In this document: positions 41,066-50,717 of the stretch, one piece after another
Layout of the letters: every line of letters starts with the position of its first letter
Numbering within the stretch: position 1 is the first letter of the stretch
Assembly: GCA_965222905.1 (NCBI GenBank)
Contig: OZ244976.1
Span: 6,310,815 to 6,374,814, forward strand
Length of the DNA stretch: 64,000 bases
Reading direction: 5' to 3'
Source of the DNA: Vicinamibacterales bacterium
Lineage (GTDB): Bacteria; Acidobacteriota; Vicinamibacteria; Vicinamibacterales; UBA8438
Position numbers and translations under genes: made by a program
The notes under the pieces: generated by a model
What the model saw: only the letters and a program-made list of their open reading frames with translations
The model's database searches: none
What the model was told of the DNA's origin: nothing

Positions 41066-42676
41066 ATGCAAGTTGTTCTCCGCCGCACCGCTCCACCCGC
41101 CCCGGCGCCCTATGCGGCGGCGGAGGCTTCTTTCGCGGAGACCAAAGCCTACCTTTCTTCGCGCGAGGCCCTGCAGATGCGTGAGAGCGACCTCGAACGG
41201 GAGTTGAACCGGCGTGGTCAGGAGTTGATGCGCAAGCTCCTGCAAGGGCACCTCGACCAGCGCAGCCCGGGGGAGGCGGCGGGTCCGGTCGAGGGGGCCG
41301 ACGGCGTCGAGCGTTCGGAGCGGCGGCTGCACGACCGGCAGTTGGAGACGACCTTCGGGACGGTGGCGGTCGAGCGCCTGGGCTACGCGCGGCACGGTCA
41401 CGACAGTCTGCATCCGCTCGATGCGTCGCTGAACCTGCCGGCTGAGCGTTACTCGCTCGAGGTGCGCCGCCGGGTGGCCGAAGCGGCCGCATCGCGGTCG
41501 TTCGACGAAGCGCTGTTCGAGCTGTCTCGCCATAGCGGGGCCGATGTGCCCAAGCGTCAGGCGGAACAGTTGGTCGCTCGCGCGGCTGAGGACTTCGACG
41601 CCTTCTACGCGGCGCGCCGAGCGGCGGCGGGCGAGCCGGTCGCTGACGAGTCGGTTGTGGTGCTCACCTTCGACGGCAAGGGCGTGGTGCTGCATCACGA
41701 GGACCTGCGCGAGGCGACGCGCAAGGCGGCCGAGAGGCGCCGGCGGCAACGCGAGCAGCTCTCCCCGTTCAACCGCCTGCGGCCGGGCGAGAAGAAGCAC
41801 GCCAAACGCATGGCGACGGTGGCCGCCGTCTACGCGGTCGCGCCGTTGGTGCGCAGCCCGGAGGATTTCCTGCAGAGCCTGATGCCCCGACAGCCGGCGG
41901 CCAAGGCCAAGAATCGGGCCAAGACCGCGGCGGTGCGTCCTCGCCCGGTGGCCAAACGGGTCTGGGCGAGCCTCGAACACGATCCGGCCGAGGTGGTCGC
42001 CGAGGCGATGCTGGAAGCCGAGCGCCACGACCCGGAGCGCGTCAAGCGCTGGGTCGTGCTCGTCGACGGCGCCGAGACGCAACTCGCCCTCGTCGAAGCG
42101 GGCGCCGCCGCCTACGGCGTCGACGTGACGGTGATCCTCGACATCATTCACGTGGTCGAGTACGTCTGGAAGGCGGCGCACGTGTTCCATCGCGAGGGGA
42201 GCCCCGACGCGGCGCATTGGGCCTGGACGCGCGTGCAGAGCATTCTCGAGGGCAAGTCCAGCAAGGTGGCCGCGGCGATGCGGCGGGCGGCGACCGTCGC
42301 AGGCTTGTCGAGCGACACCCGCAAGCCGGTCGATACGTGCGCCGACTACCTGCAGAAGTACGCGCCGTATCTGCACTACGACCGCTACCTCGCGGCGGGC
42401 TATCCCATCGCCACCGGCGTGATCGAAGGGGCGTGCCGGTACCTGGTCCGCGACCGGATGGAGTTGACCGGAGCCCGCTGGCGGCTGGTCGGCGCCGAGG
42501 CGGTCCTGAAGCTGCGGGCGCTACGGGCCAGCGGCGACTTCGATGCGTACTGGGACTTCCACGAAGCGCGCGAGTACGAGCGGAACCACGCCCAGCGCTA
42601 CGCTGACGGGATAGCACCGCCGGTCAGCGAGCCGCCCCCATCGCCCTCCTCACCTCGCCTTCGCCGGGTCAAGTAG
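41066..42676 (+). CDS. ISKra4-family DDE transposase (different subgroup from the 9988/13779 copy)
   Basis: 536 aa, intact. WVVLVDGAETQL, VTVILDIIHVVEYVWKAAHVF, GVIEGACRYLVRDRMELTGARWRLVGAEAVLKLRALRASGDFDAYWDFH (same C-terminal architecture as GVVEAGCK...MRWTVAGANAIIALR in the other IS). Confidence 0.8.
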   Translation: MQVVLRRTAPPAPAPYAAAEASFAETKAYLSSREALQMRESDLERELNRRGQELMRKLLQGHLDQRSPGEAAGPVEGADGVERSERRLHDRQLETTFGTVAVERLGYARHGHDSLHPLDASLNLPAERYSLEVRRRVAEAAASRSFDEALFELSRHSGADVPKRQAEQLVARAAEDFDAFYAARRAAAGEPVADESVVVLTFDGKGVVLHHEDLREATRKAAERRRRQREQLSPFNRLRPGEKKHAKRMATVAAVYAVAPLVRSPEDFLQSLMPRQPAAKAKNRAKTAAVRPRPVAKRVWASLEHDPAEVVAEAMLEAERHDPERVKRWVVLVDGAETQLALVEAGAAAYGVDVTVILDIIHVVEYVWKAAHVFHREGSPDAAHWAWTRVQSILEGKSSKVAAAMRRAATVAGLSSDTRKPVDTCADYLQKYAPYLHYDRYLAAGYPIATGVIEGACRYLVRDRMELTGARWRLVGAEAVLKLRALRASGDFDAYWDFHEAREYERNHAQRYADGIAPPVSEPPPSPSSPRLRRVK

Positions 42677-42752
42677 CTCTTGCCATGCCGCTCGCAGCCC
42701 CTCCTGGACCCCTCTGGACCGCCGACGCAAAAGAGCCGCACCCAATTCAATT

Positions 42753-43976
42753 CGGGGTGGCGCGAGCCAGCAAGCGCTACAGGCTGCGACCGAGACGCGA
42801 CGGATCTTCGAAGCGTGGAGCGATGAGCCGTGGGTCAACGACGGCGCGGCCGTACGCGTGTCACTGGTCTGTTTCTCCAGCGCGGACGACCAGTTCCTGT
42901 CGCAAACACAGCTCGACGGACGGCACGTCGACGAGATCTACGCCGATCTGACGGCGCGCCGAGACAGCTGCGGGGTCGATCTCACGCGTCTCCCGATGGT
43001 ACCTGGAAACGCCGGGGTCGCATTCAAGGGCGACACGAAGGGCGGTCCCTTCGATGTCCCAGGTGAGCAAGCACGCAAATGGCTCCGCCAGCCGACCAAC
43101 CCGAACGGCCGGACGAATGCCGATGTCCTGAAGCCGTGGATGAACGGCATGGACATCACCCGGCGGCCAGCAGGTAAGTGGATCGTCGATTTCGGTTGGA
43201 AGATGTCAGAACGTGACGCCGCGCTGTACGAACAACCGTTCCGGTGGGTGCAGGAACACGTCTACCCGATGCGCCAGCAGAACCCACGTACAGTCCGCCG
43301 CGAGTTCTGGTATCGTCACTTTGAGCCGCCTCAGCGCATGTGGCGGGCGCTCACGGGCCTGCCCCGCTACATCGCCACTCCCCAAGTCGCCAAGTACCGT
43401 CTGTTCGTCTGGTGCGATGCCCGTGTGTGTCCAGACAAGCAACTGGTCGTCATCGCCCGTGACGACGACACGACCTTCGGCATCCTGCACAGCCGGTTCC
43501 ACGAGCTCTGGTCGCTCCGGCTCTGCACGTGGCTCGGGAAGGGCAACGACCCCCGCTACACGCCGAGCACGACGTTCGAGACATTCCCGTTCCCGACCGG
43601 CCTGACGCCGGACATGCCGGCCGCGGAGTACGCGGCCGACCCGCGGGCGATCGCCGTCGCCGACGCCGCCCGGCAGCTCGCCGAGCTGCGGGACCGGTGG
43701 CTGAACCCGCCGGAATGGGTCGAGTGGGTCGACGAGCCGGTCCCCGACTACCCGAAGCGTCCTGTTCCTCGCGCCGAGGACGCGGCGAAGGCGCTCAAGA
43801 AGCGCACCCTGACGAACCTCTACAACGTACGCCCGCAGTGGCTTGCCGACGCGCACAACGCGCTTGACACCGCTGTGGCCGCCGCGTACGGTTGGTCGGC
43901 GGACATCTCCGACGACGAGGTTCTGCGCGAGTTGCTGGCACTCAACGGCCGCGACCAGCGCAAGAACCACCAGTAG
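42753..43976 (+). pseudogene. MmeI-family type IIG enzyme, 3' part (TRD and C-terminus)
   Basis: ...IFEAWSDEPWVNDGAAVRVSLVCF...KGGPFDVPGEQARKWL...FWYRHFEPPQRMWRAL...PRYTPSTTFETFPFP...KKRTLTNLYNVRPQWLADAH..AAAYGW. In frame with 38195-39844 once the IS is removed (~958 aa total). Confidence 0.88.
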
Positions 43977-44075
43977 AGACGCTTGGGCAGTGAAGCGGAG
44001 GGTCTGGCCGGTGACGGCGGTCCCTGTGAGCCCCCTTGGTGACCCCGGGGCCGCAACGAGCCGGGCAAGGTACAC

Positions 44076-44525
44076 ATGAGAGGAACAGGATCCCGAATGG
44101 GCATCGCCGCCCTCGGCACAGCCATACCCGGAACCCTGCCCGTCGGGGCCGTCAGGGCGTTCGTCTTCGGCGCGAGCGTGCTCATCGCCTGCACCATGGC
44201 CTACTGGGCCCCGGCGGCGACCGTATCCATCCTCGAACGCTTGACTGCGATCGGCGCTACCGCACTCGTGACGGCGATCGTCAGCTACTTCATGGACCTG
44301 GCGGAGACCGCGCGCGCCGCATGGCGCTGGGCGCGCCGACGATTCATCGAGATCACGACCGGGCCAGTCACGGCCTACGACTGGCACATAGCCTACGGAC
44401 TGGCCGAGTGGCCCGAGCCGACATCGCACAGAACAGCCACGAGCGCCACTCTCTACGCGCCGCCGTACTCCGACCCCGATGAACTCCTGGAGTACATTCG
44501 GCTGCAGCTCGGGGCGCGGCCATGA
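44076..44525 (+). CDS. hypothetical membrane protein (upstream partner of the AbiU2-like gene)
   Basis: 149 aa with two or three hydrophobic helices (IAALGTAIPGTLPVGAVRAFVFGASVLIACTMAYW; LTAIGATALVTAIVSYFMDL). Stop overlaps the next start (ATGA). Confidence 0.55.
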   Translation: MRGTGSRMGIAALGTAIPGTLPVGAVRAFVFGASVLIACTMAYWAPAATVSILERLTAIGATALVTAIVSYFMDLAETARAAWRWARRRFIEITTGPVTAYDWHIAYGLAEWPEPTSHRTATSATLYAPPYSDPDELLEYIRLQLGARP

Positions 44526-45283
44526 ATGCCGCCGAGGAGGCCGAAGAGACCAGTAGGCTGCTCGACGCATTGGCGGGCGAGTGGGCCGCAGCATTCGACC
44601 AGCTCCGGGAGCTGGAGATCTTGTTCAGCGACCAGGAGCGCGTCGATCTCCTGAACCGCGTCGCCGGGCCGTTCTTCGCGCACATTCAGCAGGTCATGTT
44701 CGACGACCTGCTGTTACGCATTTCGCGACTGACGGATGATCCCGGGTCGGGCAGTAGGACCAATCTGACAATTCGCCGACTCCCTGCGCTCTTCAAGTCC
44801 AACGATGATCTGGCGAAGGAGGTCGAGGCGGCATTGCAGGCGCAGGAGTCCGCGCGCATTCACAGGAACCGGCGACTCAGCCACACGGACTTGAAGATGG
44901 CCTACGCGGTGGGTCAGGGCGCACTGCCGCGGGCGTCCCTCTCCGAGATAAGGCAGGTCCTGGACTCCACGTACGCCGCTCTGAAACTCGCGTACACGGC
45001 CGCCAATTCCTTATACCTCTCGAAGGATGTTGTCTCGTCTCCGCCGCGGGCCGCAGCATTCGCGTACCGCCTGGAACACCTTGCGGATGCGGTACTGCTC
45101 ATCGAGGAACTGCTCTGCGAACCGGAACGAGACCCCACCACCACCAAGCCACAGCCCTGGGACGAGGACTTCGCGGAGGACCGCATACGAAAGCTCGGCG
45201 CCTCACCCTCGCGTGCGAGGGTGAGGCGCCTCATCAACCTACACATGGCGGCGACTCGGCTCAAGAAGGCTGACAACGACTAG
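44522..45283 (+). CDS. HEPN-domain abortive-infection protein (AbiU2-like)
   Basis: 253 aa. VAGPFFAHIQQVMFDDLLLRISRLTDD...NLTIRRL...ARIHRNRRLSHTD: the R-x4-H (RNRRLSH) HEPN motif in the context I recall for AbiU2. Confidence 0.65.
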   Translation: MNAAEEAEETSRLLDALAGEWAAAFDQLRELEILFSDQERVDLLNRVAGPFFAHIQQVMFDDLLLRISRLTDDPGSGSRTNLTIRRLPALFKSNDDLAKEVEAALQAQESARIHRNRRLSHTDLKMAYAVGQGALPRASLSEIRQVLDSTYAALKLAYTAANSLYLSKDVVSSPPRAAAFAYRLEHLADAVLLIEELLCEPERDPTTTKPQPWDEDFAEDRIRKLGASPSRARVRRLINLHMAATRLKKADND

Positions 45284-45419
45284 CCGACCGAGTGCGCCGC
45301 AGCTCCTCCTCGATCCGCTTCAGAGCCAGCCGGATCTCCTCCAGCCGGTCGAGCCTCGCGATGACGACATCAATCAGCGGCTTCTAGCCCTGGGGTCGGC
45401 TACCATCTCGACGACCGCG

Positions 45420-46268
45420 TATCCGTCTGCGGAGTCACCGGCTACGGAACCGGCGCCCTGAGCCTGACGCCGGGCGGCGCCATGGCCCTCGAGACCGACA
45501 TGTCGATGGCGATGACCGCGGTCGGGACGCGCGGTGGCCTCCTCGGCTCGCGCCGCACGGGCGGCTTCGCGCTCGCGTTCAAGACCGACGCCCTGACGCA
45601 TGAACGCCTCCGAGGCCGGGGTGACCCGGCTGCGGACGGCGCTCGAGGGCTCGCGGAGCTTCACCCTCGGCAGTCGGCTGTCGCTGACGCCGAGGGTCGA
45701 GGTCGGGCTGCGGCAGGACGGCGGCGACGCCGAAACCGGCACCGGCATGAACATCGGCGGCGGGCTCATGTTCTCGGACACCGTGACGAGGCTGTCGCTG
45801 GACGTTCAGGTGCGGACCCTGGTGGTCCATCAGGCCGAGGGCTTCCGGGAACGCGGGATGTCGCTCTCGTTCGACTGGGACCCGACACCGTCGAGCCCGT
45901 TGGGACTCACGGCTCGCACCGCCCCGTCATCATGGGGCGGTCAGACGACGGGCGATGCCGAGGCGTTGTGGAACAACAGCCAGATGTCCTACGGCGGCAT
46001 GGGCTCGCACCAGATGTACGGCGTCGGCGCGCAGGTGAACACCGAGATCGGCTACGGCCTGCCGATCGGCACCCGGCTCGTCGGCACGCCCCGGGTCGGC
46101 TAGTCGGCGTCGCAGTACGGCCGGGAACACCTCATGGGGTACTCCCTCGGGCTGCTCAACAGCGAGGATCTGCGGCTCGAACTCGGGGTGGACGCGCAGC
46201 GGCGCGAGAATCCGCAGATGGGAGGCGTCAGCAACGGCGTGCTCGGCCGAGCCACCATCGGGTGGTGA
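45420..46268 (+). pseudogene. autotransporter beta-barrel domain remnant
   Basis: GYGTGALSLTP...FALAFKTDAL / (frameshift ~45597) EAGVTRLRTALEGSRSFTL...RQDGGDAETGTGMNIGGGL...HQAEGFRERGMSLSFDWDP...GYGLPIGTRLVGTPRVG-TAG(46101)-...LELGVDAQRRENP...GRATIGW. Passenger domain absent. Confidence 0.7.
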
Positions 46269-46285
46269 CGGAAATCAACAGAGGT

Positions 46286-46321
46286 CAGGGCTCGGCAGCG
46301 ATCGGTCGCTGCCGAGCCCTG
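46286..46321 (+). terminator. perfect 16-bp stem-loop (terminator-like, no U-tract)
   Basis: CAGGGCTCGGCAGCGA-tcgg-TCGCTGCCGAGCCCTG, 18 nt after the autotransporter remnant stop. Confidence 0.4.
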
Positions 46322-46329
46322 GGCAACCT

Positions 46330-46459
46330 ACGGATCCGACCGGTCCTGCGGTCCAACGCTCTGCAGCTCCTCTGTGGCGCCTGCAACCGGGCCAAGGGAA
46401 CCGGCACGCAGGCCGAGTTGATCGCGAAGCTGAAGGAACGCGGTCAGCTCGCAGCGTAA
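46330..46459 (+). pseudogene. HNH endonuclease C-terminal fragment
   Basis: ...SNALQLLCGACNRAKGTGTQAELIAKLKERGQLAA: typical end of an HNH (NLQLLC..CN..KG) domain; nothing upstream. Confidence 0.55.
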
Positions 46460-47154
46460 ACACCAACGTGGGCTGGGCCGGCTGGGCCGCCGACCGCCTG
46501 ATCGGCTACGTTGATCGCTTTGAATCACGGGACGGACCCGAAGAGAGGACCGGATGCAGTTGGGGGGCGACCCTGGCGACACGGTCGTGATGTTGGGCAA
46601 TGGCGCGATCGGCGCTCTCTCGGGTCGTCGGCTGAAGCGGTTCCGAGCCGCGCCCAGCCGAAAGGTGCTGGTAGTAGGAAATGACGAGTTCGACGGTACC
46701 GTCGGAGGACATCCACCAGCACCACCGCCTCCGCGCGCTACTCGCGGTGCACGGGCGCTGAGTCGCTTGCGGGGCCGAGGACAGCCCTCCTGACGTTCTC
46801 CGAGAAAAGCTCAAGAACACTGATATCCAAGCGCCAGAGGCCGCTCATCAACAGCTCGAGCTTCGACCGCGAAGCGCGGTCAATCTCCTTCGAAAACAGG
46901 CGCTCGACCCCGGGTAGGCCGCGCGCCCAGCGGCAACCGCCGCTCCACTCACCGCGTTCCGCGGCGGGTTCCTGATCCTCACGGAGGCGTGCGGAAGCGC
47001 TTCGCCAAGAAACGCTGGCTCGGAGCGCGTGACACTAAGAACACTGACGGGAACTACATTGCCACCTTGTCGGCCCGAATGAGGCCGGCGCTGTGGGCCA
47101 GCGCGTCGCGGAACTTGGCAAGGTAGTATCGCGATCGCTGTCCTGAACGTCGAC

Positions 47155-48216
47155 TCAGTCCGGACTCCTGAAGTGCCTGTACACCTCGTCCGCCTGACCG
47201 AGAACGGCGGATCTGAACCCGCGTACTAGTTCGGGAGTCAGATGATGCGCGATGAGTTCCCCCCGACAGTTCTCCGACGAAACCGCCGGGCCGTGAGGCG
47301 GCACCGCCGAATGGAAGAACGGAACGCCGACGAGGCGGAGGTCGCCGAGATCATCACGGCTCAACGAGGCACCATGCCGGAGTTTGTCGAAACCCAACCG
47401 GGTGAGACGCTGGTTCCAGACGCCCCCTCCGCTGAATCCGCCCCAGTTGCGGCGAGGCTCATCGGCGGGGTCGACGAAAGACGACAGGAAGCGCATGCGA
47501 GCACGCTCGTAGATCCGATCGACGGAAGCGCCGCGGACCTGCTCGTTGTACACAAAGTTCGGACCGGACCGCTCGCCGCGGGCACCTGTGATAAACCAAA
47601 GCCCGAGGAGAAGTTCGTCACCGGACAAGCAGCAGTGCGCTTCATCCAACGGGAAGGCCCGCGGATGGAACTTCTCCACAACACAGGGATCGTTCAGGAT
47701 GAAGAACGCAATATCGGGCAAGCCCGGAACCGAGGGCTCCCTGTGCGGCAGATGCGCAACCCCCCCGCTGAGCCAGATTTGTTCCGTTGGGACCAATCCT
47801 CCCGGCGACTTGCCGCGGTCCAGATTCGACCAAACCGCCTGCCCCCCGGCGGGGAACCTGTCCCCCTCCAGACCCTTCTCAGCAAAGACATGAGAGGCCG
47901 AGAGAATGCCGACGTGGTCGTCGACGCGCACCAACGTGCCTGATCCCGCTAAACCTACAGCAGGAACGCGGGGGGGTTCCGGGTCCAAGGCCATGAGACC
48001 GACGTGGAATCCACATGCTGAGGTATGCGCACCCTGAAAATCGTTCAACTGGCGGCCGCGCTCGGCACTGAGATCAACACCAGGCAGATCCGAGTTCAAG
48101 AGCGCGGTCCGACGCGACCAGACGATGTCCTGATGCTGAAACTGCGAAAGCGGGCACGCGCGAATCTCGTTGCGCCAATCCGTCGTAGGAACGTGGATCC
48201 GCGGTGATTCGGACAC
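47155..48216 (-). CDS. trypsin-like serine protease-fold protein, unknown family
   Basis: GTG 48216 behind a GGGGAGG RBS. GSGTLVRVDDHVGILSASHVF (His box), NWGGFSGGGVW (GxSGG Ser box). Visibly less GC-rich than its neighbours by eye (not counted). Confidence 0.6.
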   Translation of the reverse strand: MSESPRIHVPTTDWRNEIRACPLSQFQHQDIVWSRRTALLNSDLPGVDLSAERGRQLNDFQGAHTSACGFHVGLMALDPEPPRVPAVGLAGSGTLVRVDDHVGILSASHVFAEKGLEGDRFPAGGQAVWSNLDRGKSPGGLVPTEQIWLSGGVAHLPHREPSVPGLPDIAFFILNDPCVVEKFHPRAFPLDEAHCCLSGDELLLGLWFITGARGERSGPNFVYNEQVRGASVDRIYERARMRFLSSFVDPADEPRRNWGGFSGGGVWNQRLTRLGFDKLRHGASLSRDDLGDLRLVGVPFFHSAVPPHGPAVSSENCRGELIAHHLTPELVRGFRSAVLGQADEVYRHFRSPD

Positions 48217-48921
48217 GCTGAATACCTCCCCAAGATGAACTGACCATCCCCCGGACGAAACATGGCAACCGAAACTGACCGAACTCCCGGGCGGGACGGG
48301 CATGCCCATGACCACCGGAGGCGGCGGGATGGCGATGCTCTGGGCACGACCACGACACGGGATGTAGAGCCCGACCGGTCTGCACGACGGATCCGACCTC
48401 GGCGGACACGGCCCAGGGGCCCGTGGCCAACTCCACCATTCCGAGGCGCACTGGCCGCTCTGGATGCGACGTGGGATTCAACACAGCCTCCCGGACGACT
48501 GGATATCCGGCGACCGCCGGTCACCCCCTGAAGCGCCACGTCAGCGCCATCACACGCGTCTCCGTCGGGGCTGGACCAGGGCACGTCGCGCATCGTCGGT
48601 CACGACCTTGCCAGAGAGAATCCCCGGGCAAGCGTCGCCACAAGAGGGATTGTAGAGCTATTCGAAGTGCGGCGGCCACCGGTTTTACCCGCCAGACAAA
48701 CAGGAATCCGCGACTTGAACGGGGATAGAGACGCGGAGACACTGCCCGCTGGCTGGGCGAGATGATTCGCGAAGCTGCCATGGATGGGACAGGGGCGAAG
48801 ACGAACATGAGATGTTCGAGAGCTCGGCGAGAACCTCGAGCGCACGGCGACGCAGGACGGCTTCCTGGCCGGCGACGGGACTACGACACGACCTGACAGC
48901 CGCAAGTTCAGCCCGAGGAAA

Positions 48922-49535
48922 CTAGAAAAGGCTCGACTGATTCAACGGGCGGCCCGTGTACGGATCGGTCAAGACAGGGAACCGCGGCAGCCGTTCGTCG
49001 AAGTACTCGGCAATCGACCACAGCTGAAGCCGATCGTAAGGCTGGCCGGCAACATGTACCCGCCCTTCACGCTTCACGTCCGCGCGATGTTTCGCAGGGG
49101 GCGGATCCAACGTGATGAAGCACCCCACAGCGGCCGCCTCCCGTTCGAGCACGTGCCGGAAGTCCCGCAGATACGACAGGCTGAACCGCCCGCCCTTGAC
49201 CTGGGCCAGCGCCAAGCGCGAGGTCGTGTCGTCGGGTGCGAGAGCCAACGTCGCACGGCCATCGATTCCCCCATCGCCACGCTGCTTCGTGTTGGGGGCG
49301 AATCCCGGCAGGCGGGTCACGGCCCAGGTCTCGAAGCTGAAAGCGTCGTCGCGCACGAGCTTGCGCGCGCTCTCGAGATCCGCCGGGATACCCAGGGTCG
49401 CAATCCGCGAGTCCTTGAGACGCTGGTTCCGGACCAGGTCGATCGCGAAGGCCGAAATGTCGACGCCGACCCAGCGGCGCTTCAGGCGGCTCGCCGCCTC
49501 GATCGTCGTTCCGCAGCTCGAACGCCAACGACGCG
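48922..49535 (-). pseudogene. N4/N6 DNA methyltransferase C-terminus fused to Mrr-like restriction endonuclease domain (fragment)
   Basis: CGTTIEAASRLKRRWVGVDISAFAIDLV (MTase motif I region, preceded by a broken PFSG..), then FSFETWAVTRLPGFAPNTKQRGDGGIDGRA...AQVKGGRFS...AVGCFITL... (PD-(D/E)XK Mrr-like). The rest of the MTase is missing. Confidence 0.7.
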
Positions 49536-49559
49536 GCCGCTCCGCTGAACGGCCAGCCG

Positions 49560-50001
49560 CGAACCGAAGCAGCAGGCTACGAGAGCCGGACTACCCACCC
49601 GGTTCACATCCGGTCGGTCGCCCCGAACTACCCGCCCGAGTCTCATACCGTCGGTCGCCTGTGCTCCGATCGCGACACCGATGGACAGCCGACGCCCCGA
49701 ACACGGAGCCGACGCGAACCCCCGACCTCGAGCCGCGGTGTAGAAGCACAGGAACGGGACCGCGACCAGACGCATGCCGAACGGCGTACTCGGCGCGAAC
49801 TCAAGCCGGATGCGGCACGGACGCCCCGCTCCGGCGGGCCGAGAGCAGCCCGCAGAAGCCATACAACGCCGCCAAGGCAGAATCCCCCTGCGACAACCAG
49901 TCCAGGGCCGCAGGGCCGTCGACGGCGGCATGCACTCGCGCCGCACTCACGCCGCACTCACGCCGCGCGCATTGCGCATGCGCCGTGCGGGCCAGATCCT
50001 G
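49560..50001 (+). repeat. T-depleted GCATGC/CCGCAY-rich non-coding module A1 (left part, cut by IS21)
   Basis: Hand count of 49681-49740: 3 T versus 13 A per 60 nt. Shares blocks with 57799-57900 and 57108-57168. Ends with 11-bp tandem units at 49930-49973. Confidence 0.75.
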
Positions 50002-50055
50002 GTGTTCGGCGTCAACTACTTTTGCCGGTCGACGACAATTATTCTTGCCGGCGCG

Positions 50056-50346
50056 CTAGCCGTCACGCCCGAAGCCCCTGGGCAGCTCGACGGCCTCCAG
50101 TACCGACAGATCCAGATCGCAGACCTGCTCGAGCAACTCCGCGGTCGCGGACCCGTCAAGCGATTCCGGCAACGCGTCCTGCCACTGCCGGTACTGTTCC
50201 TGCAACTCCAGGAGCGTCTGCACCGCGTCGTTCCACTGCTGCGGCCGCGATCTCCGGTCCGCGGGCCGACGGTACCGGATCCGGGATTCGCCGGCCTTGC
50301 TCCGCTCCCGGTACCGTGCCTGCCGCTCCGCGTTCGTCAGCGCCAC
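50056..50346 (-). CDS. small conserved hypothetical protein (passenger inside the IS21 element)
   Basis: GTG 50346: VALTNAERQARYRERSKAG...RPQQWNDAVQTLLELQEQYRQWQDALPESLDGSATAELLEQVCDLDLSVLEAVELPRGFGRDG. Lies between istB and the left IR. Confidence 0.55.
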   Translation of the reverse strand: MALTNAERQARYRERSKAGESRIRYRRPADRRSRPQQWNDAVQTLLELQEQYRQWQDALPESLDGSATAELLEQVCDLDLSVLEAVELPRGFGRDG

Positions 50347-50717
50347 ACGACTATCCTGCACCGTTACGTAACGGACCGCGGAAGCGGTCGGCCGAGCGAT
50401 CGGGGCGCAAGCGTGGCGACAGACCCACCGCTCGGTTGCCGTCGGCATCGGTGTACACGTGCACGTTGGTCCGCGACAGCGGAGCGGCTCCCCGGCGCCG
50501 CACTTCCGGGCAGTCGAACGTGGGCCAGCCTTCCGGCTGGCCCGCAAGGGCTTCCCGCACGCTCGGCCACAGGCAGTCACCCGAAGGGCCGGAGCGTAGC
50601 GGAGGACCCGCGCAGCGGGTTGACGGCCTGTGGTTGAGTGTGCGCGAGGTAAACGTTCCGAGTGCAGCGAGGGCCTTCATAACCGCCAGCTCGCCGATGT
50701 CTCGGACTACACAGGTT

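Larger units (their letters stand above)
39845..42743 (+). mobile_element. composite ISKra4-family insertion (2899 bp) with 9-bp target duplication
   Basis: Ends GGGTGCGGCTCTTTT (39845-) and AAAAGAGCCGCACCC (-42743) are inverted repeats. AATTCAATT is duplicated at 39836-39844 and 42744-42752. Removing the insert and one TSD copy restores ...ATNSIRGGASQQ... of the MmeI-family ORF. Confidence 0.88.

Noticed and set aside
41048-42376. 442-aa minus-strand ORF
   Set aside because: Antisense of the intact ISKra4-family transposase.
43206-44594. 462-aa minus-strand ORF
   Set aside because: Antisense of the MmeI-family 3' part and the following membrane-protein gene. No motifs.
46470-47150. Protein-like peptides in several minus-strand frames (e.g. 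DGTVELVISYYQHLSAGRG; VERLFSKEIDRASRSKLELLMSGLW)
   Set aside because: No start codons, the frames are interrupted, and I could assign no family. Probably decayed gene fragments, so they are not annotated as features.
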